Assembly (NCBI GenBank): GCA_963848295.1
Contig: CAWKDB010000002.1
Span: forward strand, 1,216,001 to 1,280,000
DNA from: an uncultured delta proteobacterium
GTDB lineage: Bacteria; Myxococcota_A; Polyangia; Haliangiales; Haliangiaceae
Direction of reading: 5' to 3'
DNA: 64,000 nt
A program made the position numbers and the translations under genes. The notes under the pieces were generated by a model. The model was not told where the DNA came from and made no database searches. It saw only the letters and a list, made by a program, of their open reading frames with translations. Position 1 is the stretch's first letter. Each line of letters begins with the position of its first letter. Below are positions 21,813 through 31,880 of the stretch, piece after piece.

Positions 21813-24023
21813 ATGACACGAGCTCGTCTGGTCGCGCTGGTTGGAGTGATGGTGGTCGCAACGACGAGGGTCGCGGGCGCCGACACCGTGCCGGGTGAGG
21901 ACGAGGCGCTCTACAAGTGCAAGGACCACGACGCGAAGCAAGAGCTGACGTTCAAGCCGGAGATCGAGCTCAAGGAGCTCGTGACCTGGGTGATGGGCTT
22001 CACGTGCAAGAACTTCGTGTACGAGCCGCGCATCGTCGCGAGCGGGCGCAAGGTGAACTTGATCATCCCGGGCAAGCTGACCGCGCCCGAGGCGTACCGC
22101 GCGTTCCTCGTCGCGTTGTCGACGATGGGGCTCGCGGTCGTCCCGAAGGGCAACCTCGTTCGCATCGTCGAGATGGCCACGATCAAGGGCCAGGCGCTGC
22201 CGATCTACGGCATCAACGCGCCGCCCGACGACGATCAGATCGTGCGCTACGTCCTGCGGCCGCGGTTCGCCGCGCCGGAGTTGTTGCGCCAAGGCCTCGC
22301 GGCGTTGAAGTCCGACGGCGGCGAGGTCCAAGCGATCGGCTCGTTGCTCGTGATCACCGACTACGCGAGCAACGTGGACGCGATGTTGTCGCTCGCGAAG
22401 CTGATCGACGTACCGGGAGGCAGCGACGGCATCTACACGATCCCGGTGCTCCACGCGGATGCGACCAAGCTCGCGAGCGAGGTCACCGGCATCATGGGGT
22501 TGTCGCCGACCGCCGCACCGGCGCCGACCGCGAGGTCGAGCCCCGGTGGGCCGACGCCGGTGGCGACCGACGCGCAGTCGTCACAGCTCACGCCGTCGAA
22601 GCTGATGGTCGATACGCGCACGAATACGCTGATCGTCGCGGGCAGCGAAGCGGCGTACCAACGGGTCAAGGCGCTCGCCGAGCGCCTCGACATCGCGCTC
22701 GAGATCGACGGTGGCGCCACGATCCACGTCTACCAGCTCGGCAGCGCGATCGCCGAGGAGGTGGCGAAGACGCTGAACGAGGCGATCTCGCGCGGCGGCC
22801 CTACGGCGAGCTCGGGGGCCGCCGCCGGCGGAACACCGACCGCGACGAGCATGACCGCGGCGAGAGCCTCGAACGAGACCGGCAACCTCGCGCTGGAGGG
22901 CCAGGCGAAGGTCATCGCCGACGCGAGCAGCAACAAGCTGATCGTGTCCTCGACCGGCCGCGACTTCGTGGCGATCCGCGACGTGATTCGCGAGCTCGAT
23001 CAGCCGCGGCGCCAGGTCTACATCGAGGCGATGATCGTCGAGGTCGATATCACGAAGGATCTCGAGCTCGGCACCGCGATGCACGGCGCGCTGCCCACCC
23101 CCGACGGCAAGTCGCTGCTGCTCGGCGGGCTGCAATCGTCGCAGCTGTCGACGCTGAACCTCGGCACGCTGACCTCGGCGACCGGATTGATCGGCGGTAT
23201 CCTCGGCTCGCAGCTCGGAAACTCGTCGTCGTTTCTCGGGACGAGCGCGACCAGCATCGCGTCGTACGGGGTGATCTTCCAGGCGCTCAACAACACGTCG
23301 AACACGAACATCTTGTCGATGCCGAGCTTCGTCGCGGTCGACAACCAGAAGGCGAAGTTCCAGGTCGGCACGAACATCCCGTACATCCGCGGCACGGTGC
23401 CGGTGTCGGCGGGCAATACCGCGATCACGACGACGAACATCGATCGCAAGGACCTCCTGCTGTCGCTCGAGATCACGCCGCATATCTCGACGAACGACAC
23501 CGTGCTGCTCGAGATCAAGCACGACTCGTCGGATCTCGCGAGCAGCGATGGCACGCTCGGCCCGACCTGGGATCAGCGCACGATCGAGACGCGCACGGTC
23601 GTCAAGGACCAGCAGACGATCGTGATCGGCGGCCTGATGCAGGAGAAAGAGATCGAGGTGGTCACGAAGATCCCGTTGCTCGGTGACATCCCGGTGCTCG
23701 GCCGCGTGTTCTCGTACACGAGCAAGAAGAAGACGAAGTCGAATCTGCTCGTCTTGCTCACCCCGTACATCGTCAAGGATCAGTTCGAGCTCGATGCGAT
23801 CCGCGAGCGCAAGACCCGCGAGCACGACGAGCTCGTGTCGTCGTTCCACGTGCTCGCCGGCATGAAGTACGAACCGAAGATCGACTACCGGCGCAAGCGC
23901 GGCTTGGTCGAGGAGATCAACCGCACGGTCGAGGCGATCGACGACGAGGTCGCGCAGCGCGCCGCGCTCGGCACGGCGAAGACCGTCGACCCCGGCCTCG
24001 TCGATCCGCCTACGGCTCGATGA
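21813..24023 (+). CDS. gspD: Type II secretion-type secretin GspD
   Basis: N0-N3 domains, IRELDQPRRQVYIEAMIVEV, IVIGGL, KIPLLGDIPVLG and NLLVLLTPYIV. Confidence 0.92.
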   Translation: MTRARLVALVGVMVVATTRVAGADTVPGEDEALYKCKDHDAKQELTFKPEIELKELVTWVMGFTCKNFVYEPRIVASGRKVNLIIPGKLTAPEAYRAFLVALSTMGLAVVPKGNLVRIVEMATIKGQALPIYGINAPPDDDQIVRYVLRPRFAAPELLRQGLAALKSDGGEVQAIGSLLVITDYASNVDAMLSLAKLIDVPGGSDGIYTIPVLHADATKLASEVTGIMGLSPTAAPAPTARSSPGGPTPVATDAQSSQLTPSKLMVDTRTNTLIVAGSEAAYQRVKALAERLDIALEIDGGATIHVYQLGSAIAEEVAKTLNEAISRGGPTASSGAAAGGTPTATSMTAARASNETGNLALEGQAKVIADASSNKLIVSSTGRDFVAIRDVIRELDQPRRQVYIEAMIVEVDITKDLELGTAMHGALPTPDGKSLLLGGLQSSQLSTLNLGTLTSATGLIGGILGSQLGNSSSFLGTSATSIASYGVIFQALNNTSNTNILSMPSFVAVDNQKAKFQVGTNIPYIRGTVPVSAGNTAITTTNIDRKDLLLSLEITPHISTNDTVLLEIKHDSSDLASSDGTLGPTWDQRTIETRTVVKDQQTIVIGGLMQEKEIEVVTKIPLLGDIPVLGRVFSYTSKKKTKSNLLVLLTPYIVKDQFELDAIRERKTREHDELVSSFHVLAGMKYEPKIDYRRKRGLVEEINRTVEAIDDEVAQRAALGTAKTVDPGLVDPPTAR

Positions 24024-24666
24024 TCAGGCGCAACTCGAACGAGCCGCCCTGCCCGTCCGCCGACGCCGCGTCCGCGCTACCGCCCCAGGGCGTGACGATC
24101 GCGCGCGCTAGCTCGCCGAGCTCGCCGACTCGAGCGATGCCGCCGCCGTTGTCCGCGATCAGGACGACCCCGTAGCGATCCTCGGTCGACACTCGCACGC
24201 TGAGCGAGCTGCCTTGCAGCGCACGCGCCGACGCGGCGCTCGCCGCGACGAGCTCGGCGACGAGCAGCGCGAGCTGGCCCGGCACGCCCCGCGCCGGCCG
24301 CACGTTGCCGAGATCGAACAACAGCTCGATGCCTGCGGACAGGTGGTGACTCGCGAGTCGCAACCCGAGATCGACCGCGGTCGCGAGATCGAACCAGCCC
24401 GCCGGATCGTCGTGCAGGGCGCGATCGAGCTCGTCCAGCCGGCGCGCGAGCTGCGTGGCCTCGAGGTACGCCGCGGCGAGATCCTGACGCAGCGCCTGGA
24501 GCGACCGCCACGGGTACGGGGTCGGGCCGGTCGACGTCGCGACGTGACGCTCGAGGTGATCGACGACGAGCCCGAGACGATCGCGCAACGCGCGCACCGG
24601 ATCCGCGAGCTGGCGCGAGACTTCGACCGCGACACTTCCGGACACGACCGTCCGCGGCTCGGTCAC
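24010..24666 (-). CDS. Degenerate histidine-kinase-like protein (HisKA/HATPase remnants, no H-box His)
   Basis: 218 aa from GTG (GTGA overlap); VSRQLADPV sits at the H-box position; IADNGGGI and GQGGSFELRL are G1/G2-like. Confidence 0.6.
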   Translation of the reverse strand: MTEPRTVVSGSVAVEVSRQLADPVRALRDRLGLVVDHLERHVATSTGPTPYPWRSLQALRQDLAAAYLEATQLARRLDELDRALHDDPAGWFDLATAVDLGLRLASHHLSAGIELLFDLGNVRPARGVPGQLALLVAELVAASAASARALQGSSLSVRVSTEDRYGVVLIADNGGGIARVGELGELARAIVTPWGGSADAASADGQGGSFELRLIIEP

Positions 24667-27557
24667 AGGCTCCCCGTCAGCAGCAGCCAGGTCTCGTCGA
24701 TCCCGCCTTTCATCAGGCCGTGGGCATAGCCCAGCTCGAACGTGCCGGGCACGAAGTAGCCAAAGAACGCGTCGAGTCGGAGCGCGCCGCCGACCGAGAC
24801 GCGAAAGTTCTTGCCGGCATCGGCCTCGTCGTCGTACGCGGTCGCGAGATCGGTCTGCAGCGCGAGCTGGACGCGGCGGAAGTAGACCGGCAGCGTCGCG
24901 ATCCCGTGCTCGATCTGAAATAGCTCCTGGCGATACTCGATGTTCGCCATGTCGTATTGGTTTCCGACAATCGCGCGCGACGGATAGCCGTGCAGGTAGC
25001 CGGTCGCGGCCGCGCGCGTCGAGTTGACGATCGCCATCGCGATGTCTTGCGCGGGCACGCCACCCAAGCCGAACCCGCCGGGGTTGTCGAGATCGCCGGC
25101 GCGCAGCGCACCGAGCGCCGAGATCGCGAGCGTCGGCGTCCGGCCCCACAGTCGCTGATAGACATCGAAGCCGTAGCTCAGCGTGATGTCGCGATACGCC
25201 GAGCCGAGCGCCGGATGATCGAGGCGAATCGACGCGCTGACATCGAAGCCGGTGATCGGGCCGGTGCCGAAGATGTTGCCGCGGACGTTCGAGAATCCCG
25301 CGCGCGAGCCGAGGCCGCCGAGCACGTAGTTCGTGCGCGGTGAGGTCGGCAGTCGCTGATTCGGATCGAGCATGATCGGCGGCCCCTCGACGAACCGGAA
25401 CCAGTCGAGGTCGTAGTCGAACGACAGCGACCAGCTCGAGCTCGGCCGTTGCTCGAACGGGATGCCGAACGAGATCGTGCCGGACCAATCTTCCTCGTGA
25501 AACGGCATGCTCACGCCATCGATCTTCAAGCCGGTACGCTCGGTGAGCGTGCGCGCGCCCGAGACGCGGAACGTCGGTCGCCAGCCGGTGTAACCGTAGG
25601 AAGCGCCGACGTCGGTGTCGCCGCGCTGCGTGTCGATGCCGACCGCGAGCGAATAGTTGTGGAGGCCGACCGCATCTGCGCCCGAGGTCTGGATCGATGC
25701 GGTGTTCGAGCCGACGTCGTACGAGCCACTCCAGGTCGGCGGCGCGAGGGTCTCGAGCGCGCGATACGGCCGAGGCTTCGTCACGGGCGATTCGTCGTCG
25801 CGGATCTCGAGCGCGGTGGGCTTCGCATCGACGTAGTCGCGCGCCGGCAACCACGTCGTTCGGTCGATCGGCACCTGATAGAGGTCGTAGCCACCGTTCG
25901 GTACGGCGGCTTCGTACGCGAGTCGCTTGTCGTCGACGGAGATCGCGCAGCGAAACGCGCCGCCGAGCACGTTCGTGACTTGCCACATCGAGTGGTCGCG
26001 AAAGTCATACGCGTAGATGTTCGCGATGCCGGTGCGATCGCTGTCGAAGTACAACGTGTGGCCATCGTGCGACCATGCGGGCGACATCTCGATCGCGCGA
26101 TCGTGCGTGATCTCCTCGACGTGCCCCGACGCGACCTCGACGACCAAGATGTCGTGCAGCCCGCCGTTGCGCCACGCTGCGAATGCGATGCGCGTACCGT
26201 CCGGTGACCACGCCGGCTGATATGCCTGATCGTAACGCTGGCCGCGCCACACGACCGACGCCGGCGCGCCCGGTTCGACGTCCATCACCGCGATCACGCT
26301 CTCGCCGCGCTCGTTCTTCGAGAACGCGACGCGCCGGCCATCCGGCGACAGCGCGGGATCGCGCGCGCGCATACCGGTCGTGAGCCGGACCGTTTGATTC
26401 GTCGGAGCGTCCCACCGAAACAGATCCTGGAACGAGTAGTCGCGGCGATACACGCGACCTTGTTCGTAGACGATCGAGCCATCGGGCTCGAGATCGTATT
26501 TGCCCATCGCGTCGAGCTGGATGACCTCGCGCGAGCCTTTCTGATCGCCGTCGATCGGCATCGCGCGGACCTGAGCGAGCGAGTAGCCGTCGTATTGCTG
26601 CCAGTAGATCTCGCGACCGTCGGCGGAGTAGCGCGGCACTGCGTTGGTCTCGGCCGTGTGGGTCAGTGGCCGCCCGGTGATCAGGCCGCGCCGCTCCGAC
26701 GCCATCTCCTGCATCCCGTACTTGTCGCGCAGGAACAGCTTCCAGTCGTCGTAGAGCTCGGTGAACGGCTTTCCGACGACCTTGGCGATCTGGCGATTGA
26801 CCGCGAACGGCGGTGCGTACGAACCCGAGACGTGCGCCATCTTGCGCAGCGTGTCGTCGCCGAACCGATCGAACACGTAGCCGAGGAAGTGCGAGCCATA
26901 CACGTACGCCGCATTGCCACGCGGGTACTGGCGCGGATCGCCGGAGACTTCGTCGAGCCGCAGATCCTTGTTCGCGTGCCGCGCGATGCGAATCACGCCG
27001 TCGAACATCGTGCCGCGAATGCGCCCGCCGGCCGAGCGCTTCGATTCCTCGTAGACCGCGATGCCTTCGATCAGCCAGCGCGGCATGATCTGGTTCGGCG
27101 CCCAGGTCTTGCCGAAGATGCCGTTGTAGATCTTGGGCAGCCCCGACATCGTGTCGAGGTGGAGGATGTGCGTGTACTCGTGCGCGACGAGGCCGTAGTA
27201 CCAATCCTCGTGATCGTCGAGCTCGGTGAAGCCGGTCGGCCCGGTCGCGTACAGCTGGATCGCGTTGCGCGGTAATACGCCCGCGAAACCGTTCGCCGCG
27301 TCGGTGTCGTCGTTGATGACGATGATCGTCTTCGTGTCGGGCAGGTGATCGATCGCGGTCGACAACGTGCGATGCGCGCGCTCGGCGACGATGCCGACCC
27401 GCCTCGCGATGTCGTCGTTCGGCGCCCAGTAGTAGATGACGAAGTGCTCGGTCTCGACCGTGCGGTAGGCCCGCGTCGGATCGCCGGCCGATGCGACGCG
27501 AGAGGCGGCGAGGGCGATCGCGAGGCCGATCGCCACTCCCACGCCGGCGCGTGTCAC
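24663..27557 (-). CDS. Outer-membrane protein: HExxH peptidase-like domain, PD40/TolB-like propeller and Omp85-like barrel
   Basis: Signal peptide; VAHEYTH...WLIEGIA; PAWSPDG repeats; YLHGYP..GNQY..ANIEYR barrel motif. Confidence 0.8.
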   Translation of the reverse strand: MTRAGVGVAIGLAIALAASRVASAGDPTRAYRTVETEHFVIYYWAPNDDIARRVGIVAERAHRTLSTAIDHLPDTKTIIVINDDTDAANGFAGVLPRNAIQLYATGPTGFTELDDHEDWYYGLVAHEYTHILHLDTMSGLPKIYNGIFGKTWAPNQIMPRWLIEGIAVYEESKRSAGGRIRGTMFDGVIRIARHANKDLRLDEVSGDPRQYPRGNAAYVYGSHFLGYVFDRFGDDTLRKMAHVSGSYAPPFAVNRQIAKVVGKPFTELYDDWKLFLRDKYGMQEMASERRGLITGRPLTHTAETNAVPRYSADGREIYWQQYDGYSLAQVRAMPIDGDQKGSREVIQLDAMGKYDLEPDGSIVYEQGRVYRRDYSFQDLFRWDAPTNQTVRLTTGMRARDPALSPDGRRVAFSKNERGESVIAVMDVEPGAPASVVWRGQRYDQAYQPAWSPDGTRIAFAAWRNGGLHDILVVEVASGHVEEITHDRAIEMSPAWSHDGHTLYFDSDRTGIANIYAYDFRDHSMWQVTNVLGGAFRCAISVDDKRLAYEAAVPNGGYDLYQVPIDRTTWLPARDYVDAKPTALEIRDDESPVTKPRPYRALETLAPPTWSGSYDVGSNTASIQTSGADAVGLHNYSLAVGIDTQRGDTDVGASYGYTGWRPTFRVSGARTLTERTGLKIDGVSMPFHEEDWSGTISFGIPFEQRPSSSWSLSFDYDLDWFRFVEGPPIMLDPNQRLPTSPRTNYVLGGLGSRAGFSNVRGNIFGTGPITGFDVSASIRLDHPALGSAYRDITLSYGFDVYQRLWGRTPTLAISALGALRAGDLDNPGGFGLGGVPAQDIAMAIVNSTRAAATGYLHGYPSRAIVGNQYDMANIEYRQELFQIEHGIATLPVYFRRVQLALQTDLATAYDDEADAGKNFRVSVGGALRLDAFFGYFVPGTFELGYAHGLMKGGIDETWLLLTGSL

Positions 27558-29323
27558 CCCTGCCCCCGCTTGGCTTGATGCGCGAACATGTACGCGGCGA
27601 CCACCGAGCGAATCTCCTCGGCGGTCGCCACATCGCGCACCCGGGCGACGAGTGCCGTCGCCCCCTCGAGATCGATCGCGCGAATCGTCGCCTTGACCTC
27701 CGGCACCGACACCGCGCTCATCGACAGCTCACGAATTCCGAGCCCGATCAGGATCGGCGCGAGCATCGGCTCGCCCGCCATCTCGCCGCACACCGTGACC
27801 GGAATGTTCGCAGCGCCGGCCGCCTTCACGACGTCGCCGATCAACCGGATCAGTGCCGGGTGCAACGGCTCGTACAGGTACGAGACGTACTCGTTCACGC
27901 GATCGACCGCCATCGTGTACTGGATCAGGTCGTTCGTGCCGATCGAGAAGAAATCGGCCTCCCGCGCGAGCAGATCGGCGACGAGCGCCGCCGAGGGCAT
28001 CTCGATCATGATGCCGAGCTTGACCGCCTCGTCGAACGCGATGCCTTCGCTGCGCAGCTCCGCCTTGACCTGATCGACGATCACCTTGACCGCACGGAGC
28101 TCCGAGACGCCCGAGATCATCGGGAACATCAGCTTGAGCGGGCCATGCGCCGACGCGCGCAACAAGCCGCGCAGCTGCGCGTGGAACAGGTCGCGACCGA
28201 GCGGCGAAAGGCACAGCCGGATCGACCGCAGCCCGAGCGCCGGGTTCGCTTCGTCGAGCTCGGCGTCCTGCATGAAGCCGGCGAGCTTGTCGGCGCCGAG
28301 GTCGAACGTCCGGATCGTCGCGGGCCGGCCCTCGAGCCGGTCGAGCACTGCGACCGCGGTCTCGTAGTGCTGCTGCTCGTCGGGCATCGCGCTGCCGGCC
28401 ATGAACAGGTACTCGCTGCGAAATAGGCCGACGCCCATCGCGCCGTACTCGATCGCGTCTTCGAGCTCCTCGGGGCCGTCGATGTTCGCGTAGAGCTGGA
28501 CGTCGGCGCCATCGCTCGTGCGCGCCGGGAGATCGCGCATCGCCGACAGCTGGGCCCCGGCGGCGACTTGTCGCCGCTGCTCGTCGCGGAACTCGGCGAC
28601 GGTCGCCGCCGACGGGTTGACGATCACGACGCCGGACGCGCCGTCGATCAGCACGAGGTCATCGGTCTCGACGAGCTCGGTGATGTTCTCGAGCGCGACG
28701 ACCGCGGGAATCTCGTGCGCGCGCGCGATGATCGCGGTGTGCGACGTCTTGCCGCCCGCGTCGGTGATCAGGCCCGCGACCGCGGCGCGGTGCAGCGTGG
28801 CGGTGTCGGCCGGCGACAGGTCATACGCGACGACGATCGCATCCGGCGGCGGGTTGAGCGGACCGGTGTCTCGGCCGAGGAGATTGCGCAGCACGCGCTG
28901 GAACACGAACTCGACGTCGCTCTTGCGCTCGCGCAGGTACGGATCGTCGATCGTGTCGAACACGGCGCGGATATTATCGACCGCACGGCGCAGCCCCCAC
29001 TCCGCGCAGATCTTCTCTTCGCGGACGTACTCGATCGCGGCGCCGACGAGGTGCTCGTCGTGCAGCATCATCTGGTGCGCGCTGATGATGTGGTAGTCGC
29101 TCTCGTTCTCGGAAGCGAGCTTCTGCTTGATCTTGTCGAGTTGCTTGTCGCTCGCCGCGATCGCCTTGTGCATGCGCGCGAGCTCGGCATCGACGTCGTC
29201 GGCTTCGATGTGATGGCGCGGCGCCTTGAGCGTGTCCCGGCCGATCAGATAGGCGCGACCGAATGCGATGCCCGCCGACACGCCCAAGCCCGAGCGCCGG
29301 ACCTCGGGGCGTGCTTCACTCAT
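27554..29323 (-). CDS. ptsI: PEP-protein phosphotransferase (PTS enzyme I), no GAF domain
   Basis: GGKTSHTAI, GVGLFRSE, EANPALGLRSIR, SIGTNDL and CGEMAG. Confidence 0.96.
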   Translation of the reverse strand: MSEARPEVRRSGLGVSAGIAFGRAYLIGRDTLKAPRHHIEADDVDAELARMHKAIAASDKQLDKIKQKLASENESDYHIISAHQMMLHDEHLVGAAIEYVREEKICAEWGLRRAVDNIRAVFDTIDDPYLRERKSDVEFVFQRVLRNLLGRDTGPLNPPPDAIVVAYDLSPADTATLHRAAVAGLITDAGGKTSHTAIIARAHEIPAVVALENITELVETDDLVLIDGASGVVIVNPSAATVAEFRDEQRRQVAAGAQLSAMRDLPARTSDGADVQLYANIDGPEELEDAIEYGAMGVGLFRSEYLFMAGSAMPDEQQHYETAVAVLDRLEGRPATIRTFDLGADKLAGFMQDAELDEANPALGLRSIRLCLSPLGRDLFHAQLRGLLRASAHGPLKLMFPMISGVSELRAVKVIVDQVKAELRSEGIAFDEAVKLGIMIEMPSAALVADLLAREADFFSIGTNDLIQYTMAVDRVNEYVSYLYEPLHPALIRLIGDVVKAAGAANIPVTVCGEMAGEPMLAPILIGLGIRELSMSAVSVPEVKATIRAIDLEGATALVARVRDVATAEEIRSVVAAYMFAHQAKRGQG

Positions 29324-29598
29324 CGGCCCTCGCCGAACTTGTCTTGGATCAGCGCGACGATCGCCGCGACGGCTTCGGCGGCGCGCTCGCCCTTGGCGCG
29401 AACCGTCACGGTCGAGCCCTTGCTCGCGACCAGCATGAGCACGCCCATGATGCTCTTGCCGTTGACCTCGTGACCGTCTTTCGAGACCACGACCTCGCAC
29501 GGGAACTTCGACGCGGCTTGGACGAGCTTGGTCGCCGCCCGGGCGTGCAAGCCGAGCTCGTTGATGATCTGCAGTGTCTGCTCCGCGACGTCGGCCAT
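29320..29598 (-). CDS. ptsH: Phosphocarrier HPr
   Basis: GLHARAA (His15) and NGKSIMGV (Ser46). Confidence 0.96.
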   Translation of the reverse strand: MADVAEQTLQIINELGLHARAATKLVQAASKFPCEVVVSKDGHEVNGKSIMGVLMLVASKGSTVTVRAKGERAAEAVAAIVALIQDKFGEGR

Positions 29599-30434
29599 CA
29601 CTCCCCCCGATCCACGTCGCGATGGCGCACGAGGATATCCCAGTCGCCGGCAAGGCGACGGCGAAGCTCCTCGACGACCGCGACCGAACGATGGCGTCCG
29701 CCGGTACAGCCGACGCACACCGTGACGTACAGCTTCCCTTCATGTTGAAACTGCGGCAGCGCGAACTTCAGCAGGCTCTCGACCTTTTCGACCAACACCG
29801 TGCCGTCGCCGTCGAGCACGTACTTCGCGACGTCGGCGTCGCGACCGTCGAGATGCGTCAACGCCGGATCGAAGTAGGGGTTCGGCAGGAACCGCACGTC
29901 GAACACCAGGTTGAACTCGAGCGGCAGGCCGTGCTTGAACCCGAACGACACGAGCGTCACGGCGAGCTTCCCGGTGCCGCCGTAGCGGTCCTGGATGATC
30001 GACTTGAGCTGATGCATGTTGAGGTTCGACGTGTCGATGACCGCGGCGCCCTTGCGCAGCTCGGCCATCAGCTCGCGATCGCGCCGCACGCCGTCGACCA
30101 GGTCGTCGCCGGACAGCGGATGGCGGCGGCGGGTCTCGGAGAACCGGCGGAGCAACGCCGCGTCTTGCGCGTCGAGGAACATCACCTCGAGGCGATGGCC
30201 GGCGCCGCGCAGCTTCGCGAGCGCGTCCTTCCACGCCGACAAGTTGCGGCGCTGGCGCGCATCGATCGCGACGGCGAGCTTGTCGCGATCGCCTTCGTGC
30301 GCGAGGTGATCGACCATGCCGACGAGCAGCGGCAGCGGGATGTTGTCGACGCACGTGTACTCGATGTCCTCGAGCGCGCGTAGCGCCGTGCTCTTGCCCG
30401 CCCCCGACAACCCCGTGACGATGACGATCTGCAT
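29598..30434 (-). CDS. rapZ: RNase adapter RapZ/YvcJ-family P-loop protein
   Basis: TGLSGAGKS, FSETRRRHPL, SFGFKHG, FDVRFLPNP and GCTGGRHRSV. Confidence 0.96.
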   Translation of the reverse strand: MQIVIVTGLSGAGKSTALRALEDIEYTCVDNIPLPLLVGMVDHLAHEGDRDKLAVAIDARQRRNLSAWKDALAKLRGAGHRLEVMFLDAQDAALLRRFSETRRRHPLSGDDLVDGVRRDRELMAELRKGAAVIDTSNLNMHQLKSIIQDRYGGTGKLAVTLVSFGFKHGLPLEFNLVFDVRFLPNPYFDPALTHLDGRDADVAKYVLDGDGTVLVEKVESLLKFALPQFQHEGKLYVTVCVGCTGGRHRSVAVVEELRRRLAGDWDILVRHRDVDRGE

Positions 30435-30437
30435 CGC

Positions 30438-31373
30438 CTACTCCACCGCGTCCGCGCCGGATTCTCCGGCCATCGCGCGATCGAGCTGGTCGCGAAACGC
30501 GCGCGCCGAGTGCGTGCCCTGGACCTTGAGCAGCTGGTTGCGCGCCGCGACCTCGATCAACGTCGCGATGTTCCGCCCGGGCCGCACCGGCAAGCGGACC
30601 TTCGGGATCTGGAGATCCACCAGCCGCTCGTACCGGTCGTCGAAGCCGAGCCGATCGTATTCCTCGGCGGAGTCCCACTCGGCGAGCTCGACGACGAGCT
30701 CGATCTTCTTCGCTTCGCGCACCGACGCGATGCCGAACAGATCCTTGACGTTGATGATCCCCAGGCCGCGGATCTCCATGTGGTGACCGAGGATGCCGGC
30801 GCCGCGGCCGGTCAGCTGGCTGTGTTGGCGGCGGATCAGGATGACGTCGTCGGCGACGAGCCGATGGCCACGCACGACGAGATCGAGCGCGGTCTCGCTC
30901 TTGCCGATGCCGCTCTTGCCGACGACGAGCACGCCGATGCCGAGCACGTCGAGCAACACGCCGTGCACTTCGATCGACGGCGCGAGGCGATCCGCCATCC
31001 ACGCGGTGACCGACGCGATGAAGTCGGCGGTGACCAGCGTCGACGTCATCACCGGCACGCCGCGCGCTTCCGCCGCGGCCGTGAGCTCGGCCGGCGGCGC
31101 GAGATTGCGACACACGACCACGCACGCCGGATCGCTTGCGAGCATCGTCTCGATCCCGACGCTGCGCGCGGTAACCGTCGCCGCGAGATACTCGATCTCC
31201 GTCCCGCCCATCACGAGCACTCGACCCGAGTGCAGTTGCTCCGGCCAGCCGGTCAACGCGAGCCCAGGCTTCTGGATCCGCGGCACGGCGATCGTGCGCC
31301 CGAGTCCCGCCAGCCCGGCGACGGCAGTAACGCCCAGCTCCGACCGCTCGAGCAACTCGCCGACCGTGATCAT
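30438..31373 (-). CDS. hprK: HPr kinase/phosphorylase
   Basis: HGVLLDV, GKSGIGKSE, LVADD, EIRGLGII and PVRPGRN. Confidence 0.96.
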   Translation of the reverse strand: MITVGELLERSELGVTAVAGLAGLGRTIAVPRIQKPGLALTGWPEQLHSGRVLVMGGTEIEYLAATVTARSVGIETMLASDPACVVVCRNLAPPAELTAAAEARGVPVMTSTLVTADFIASVTAWMADRLAPSIEVHGVLLDVLGIGVLVVGKSGIGKSETALDLVVRGHRLVADDVILIRRQHSQLTGRGAGILGHHMEIRGLGIINVKDLFGIASVREAKKIELVVELAEWDSAEEYDRLGFDDRYERLVDLQIPKVRLPVRPGRNIATLIEVAARNQLLKVQGTHSARAFRDQLDRAMAGESGADAVE

Positions 31374-31375
31374 GC

Positions 31376-31837
31376 TCAGTATTTGGCGTCTTCGTCCGCG
31401 ACGACGGTGTACATGGAGTCGGCGTCGCTTGCCGCGAGCAACCGACGTCGGAACTCGGGATCCTTGAACACGCGGCTGATCCGCGCGAGCGCCTTGAGAT
31501 GCGCGCCGGTCGACGACTCCGGCGCGACCAGCACGAAGAACAGATACGTTGGCTGCCCGTCCATCGAGTCGAAGTCGACGCCGGCGGGCGCGCGGCCCAA
31601 GCAAGCGACGATCTCGCTCACCGAGCTGAGCTTGCCGTGCGGAATCGCCACGCCTTCGCCGATCGCGGTGGACGCCAGCTGCTCGCGCTCGACGAGCACG
31701 CGCGATAGCGTCGCGCGCTCGATCTTCGGCTGACGCTGCGCCATGAACGCTGCCAGCTCTTCGAGAATCCCACGCTTGTCGGTCGACGACAGCGCGGGAA
31801 CGACCATGTCGCGCTTGATCAGATCGACGATCTTCAT
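31376..31837 (-). CDS. ptsN: PTS EIIA (Ntr/fructose-type)
   Basis: REQLASTAIGEGVAIPH, VDFDSMDG and HLKALARISR; rpoN context. Confidence 0.9.
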   Translation of the reverse strand: MKIVDLIKRDMVVPALSSTDKRGILEELAAFMAQRQPKIERATLSRVLVEREQLASTAIGEGVAIPHGKLSSVSEIVACLGRAPAGVDFDSMDGQPTYLFFVLVAPESSTGAHLKALARISRVFKDPEFRRRLLAASDADSMYTVVADEDAKY

Positions 31838-31880
31838 CGGCCCGGAATGACCCTACCACGGCGCGCCGGAGGTTTCCTGT

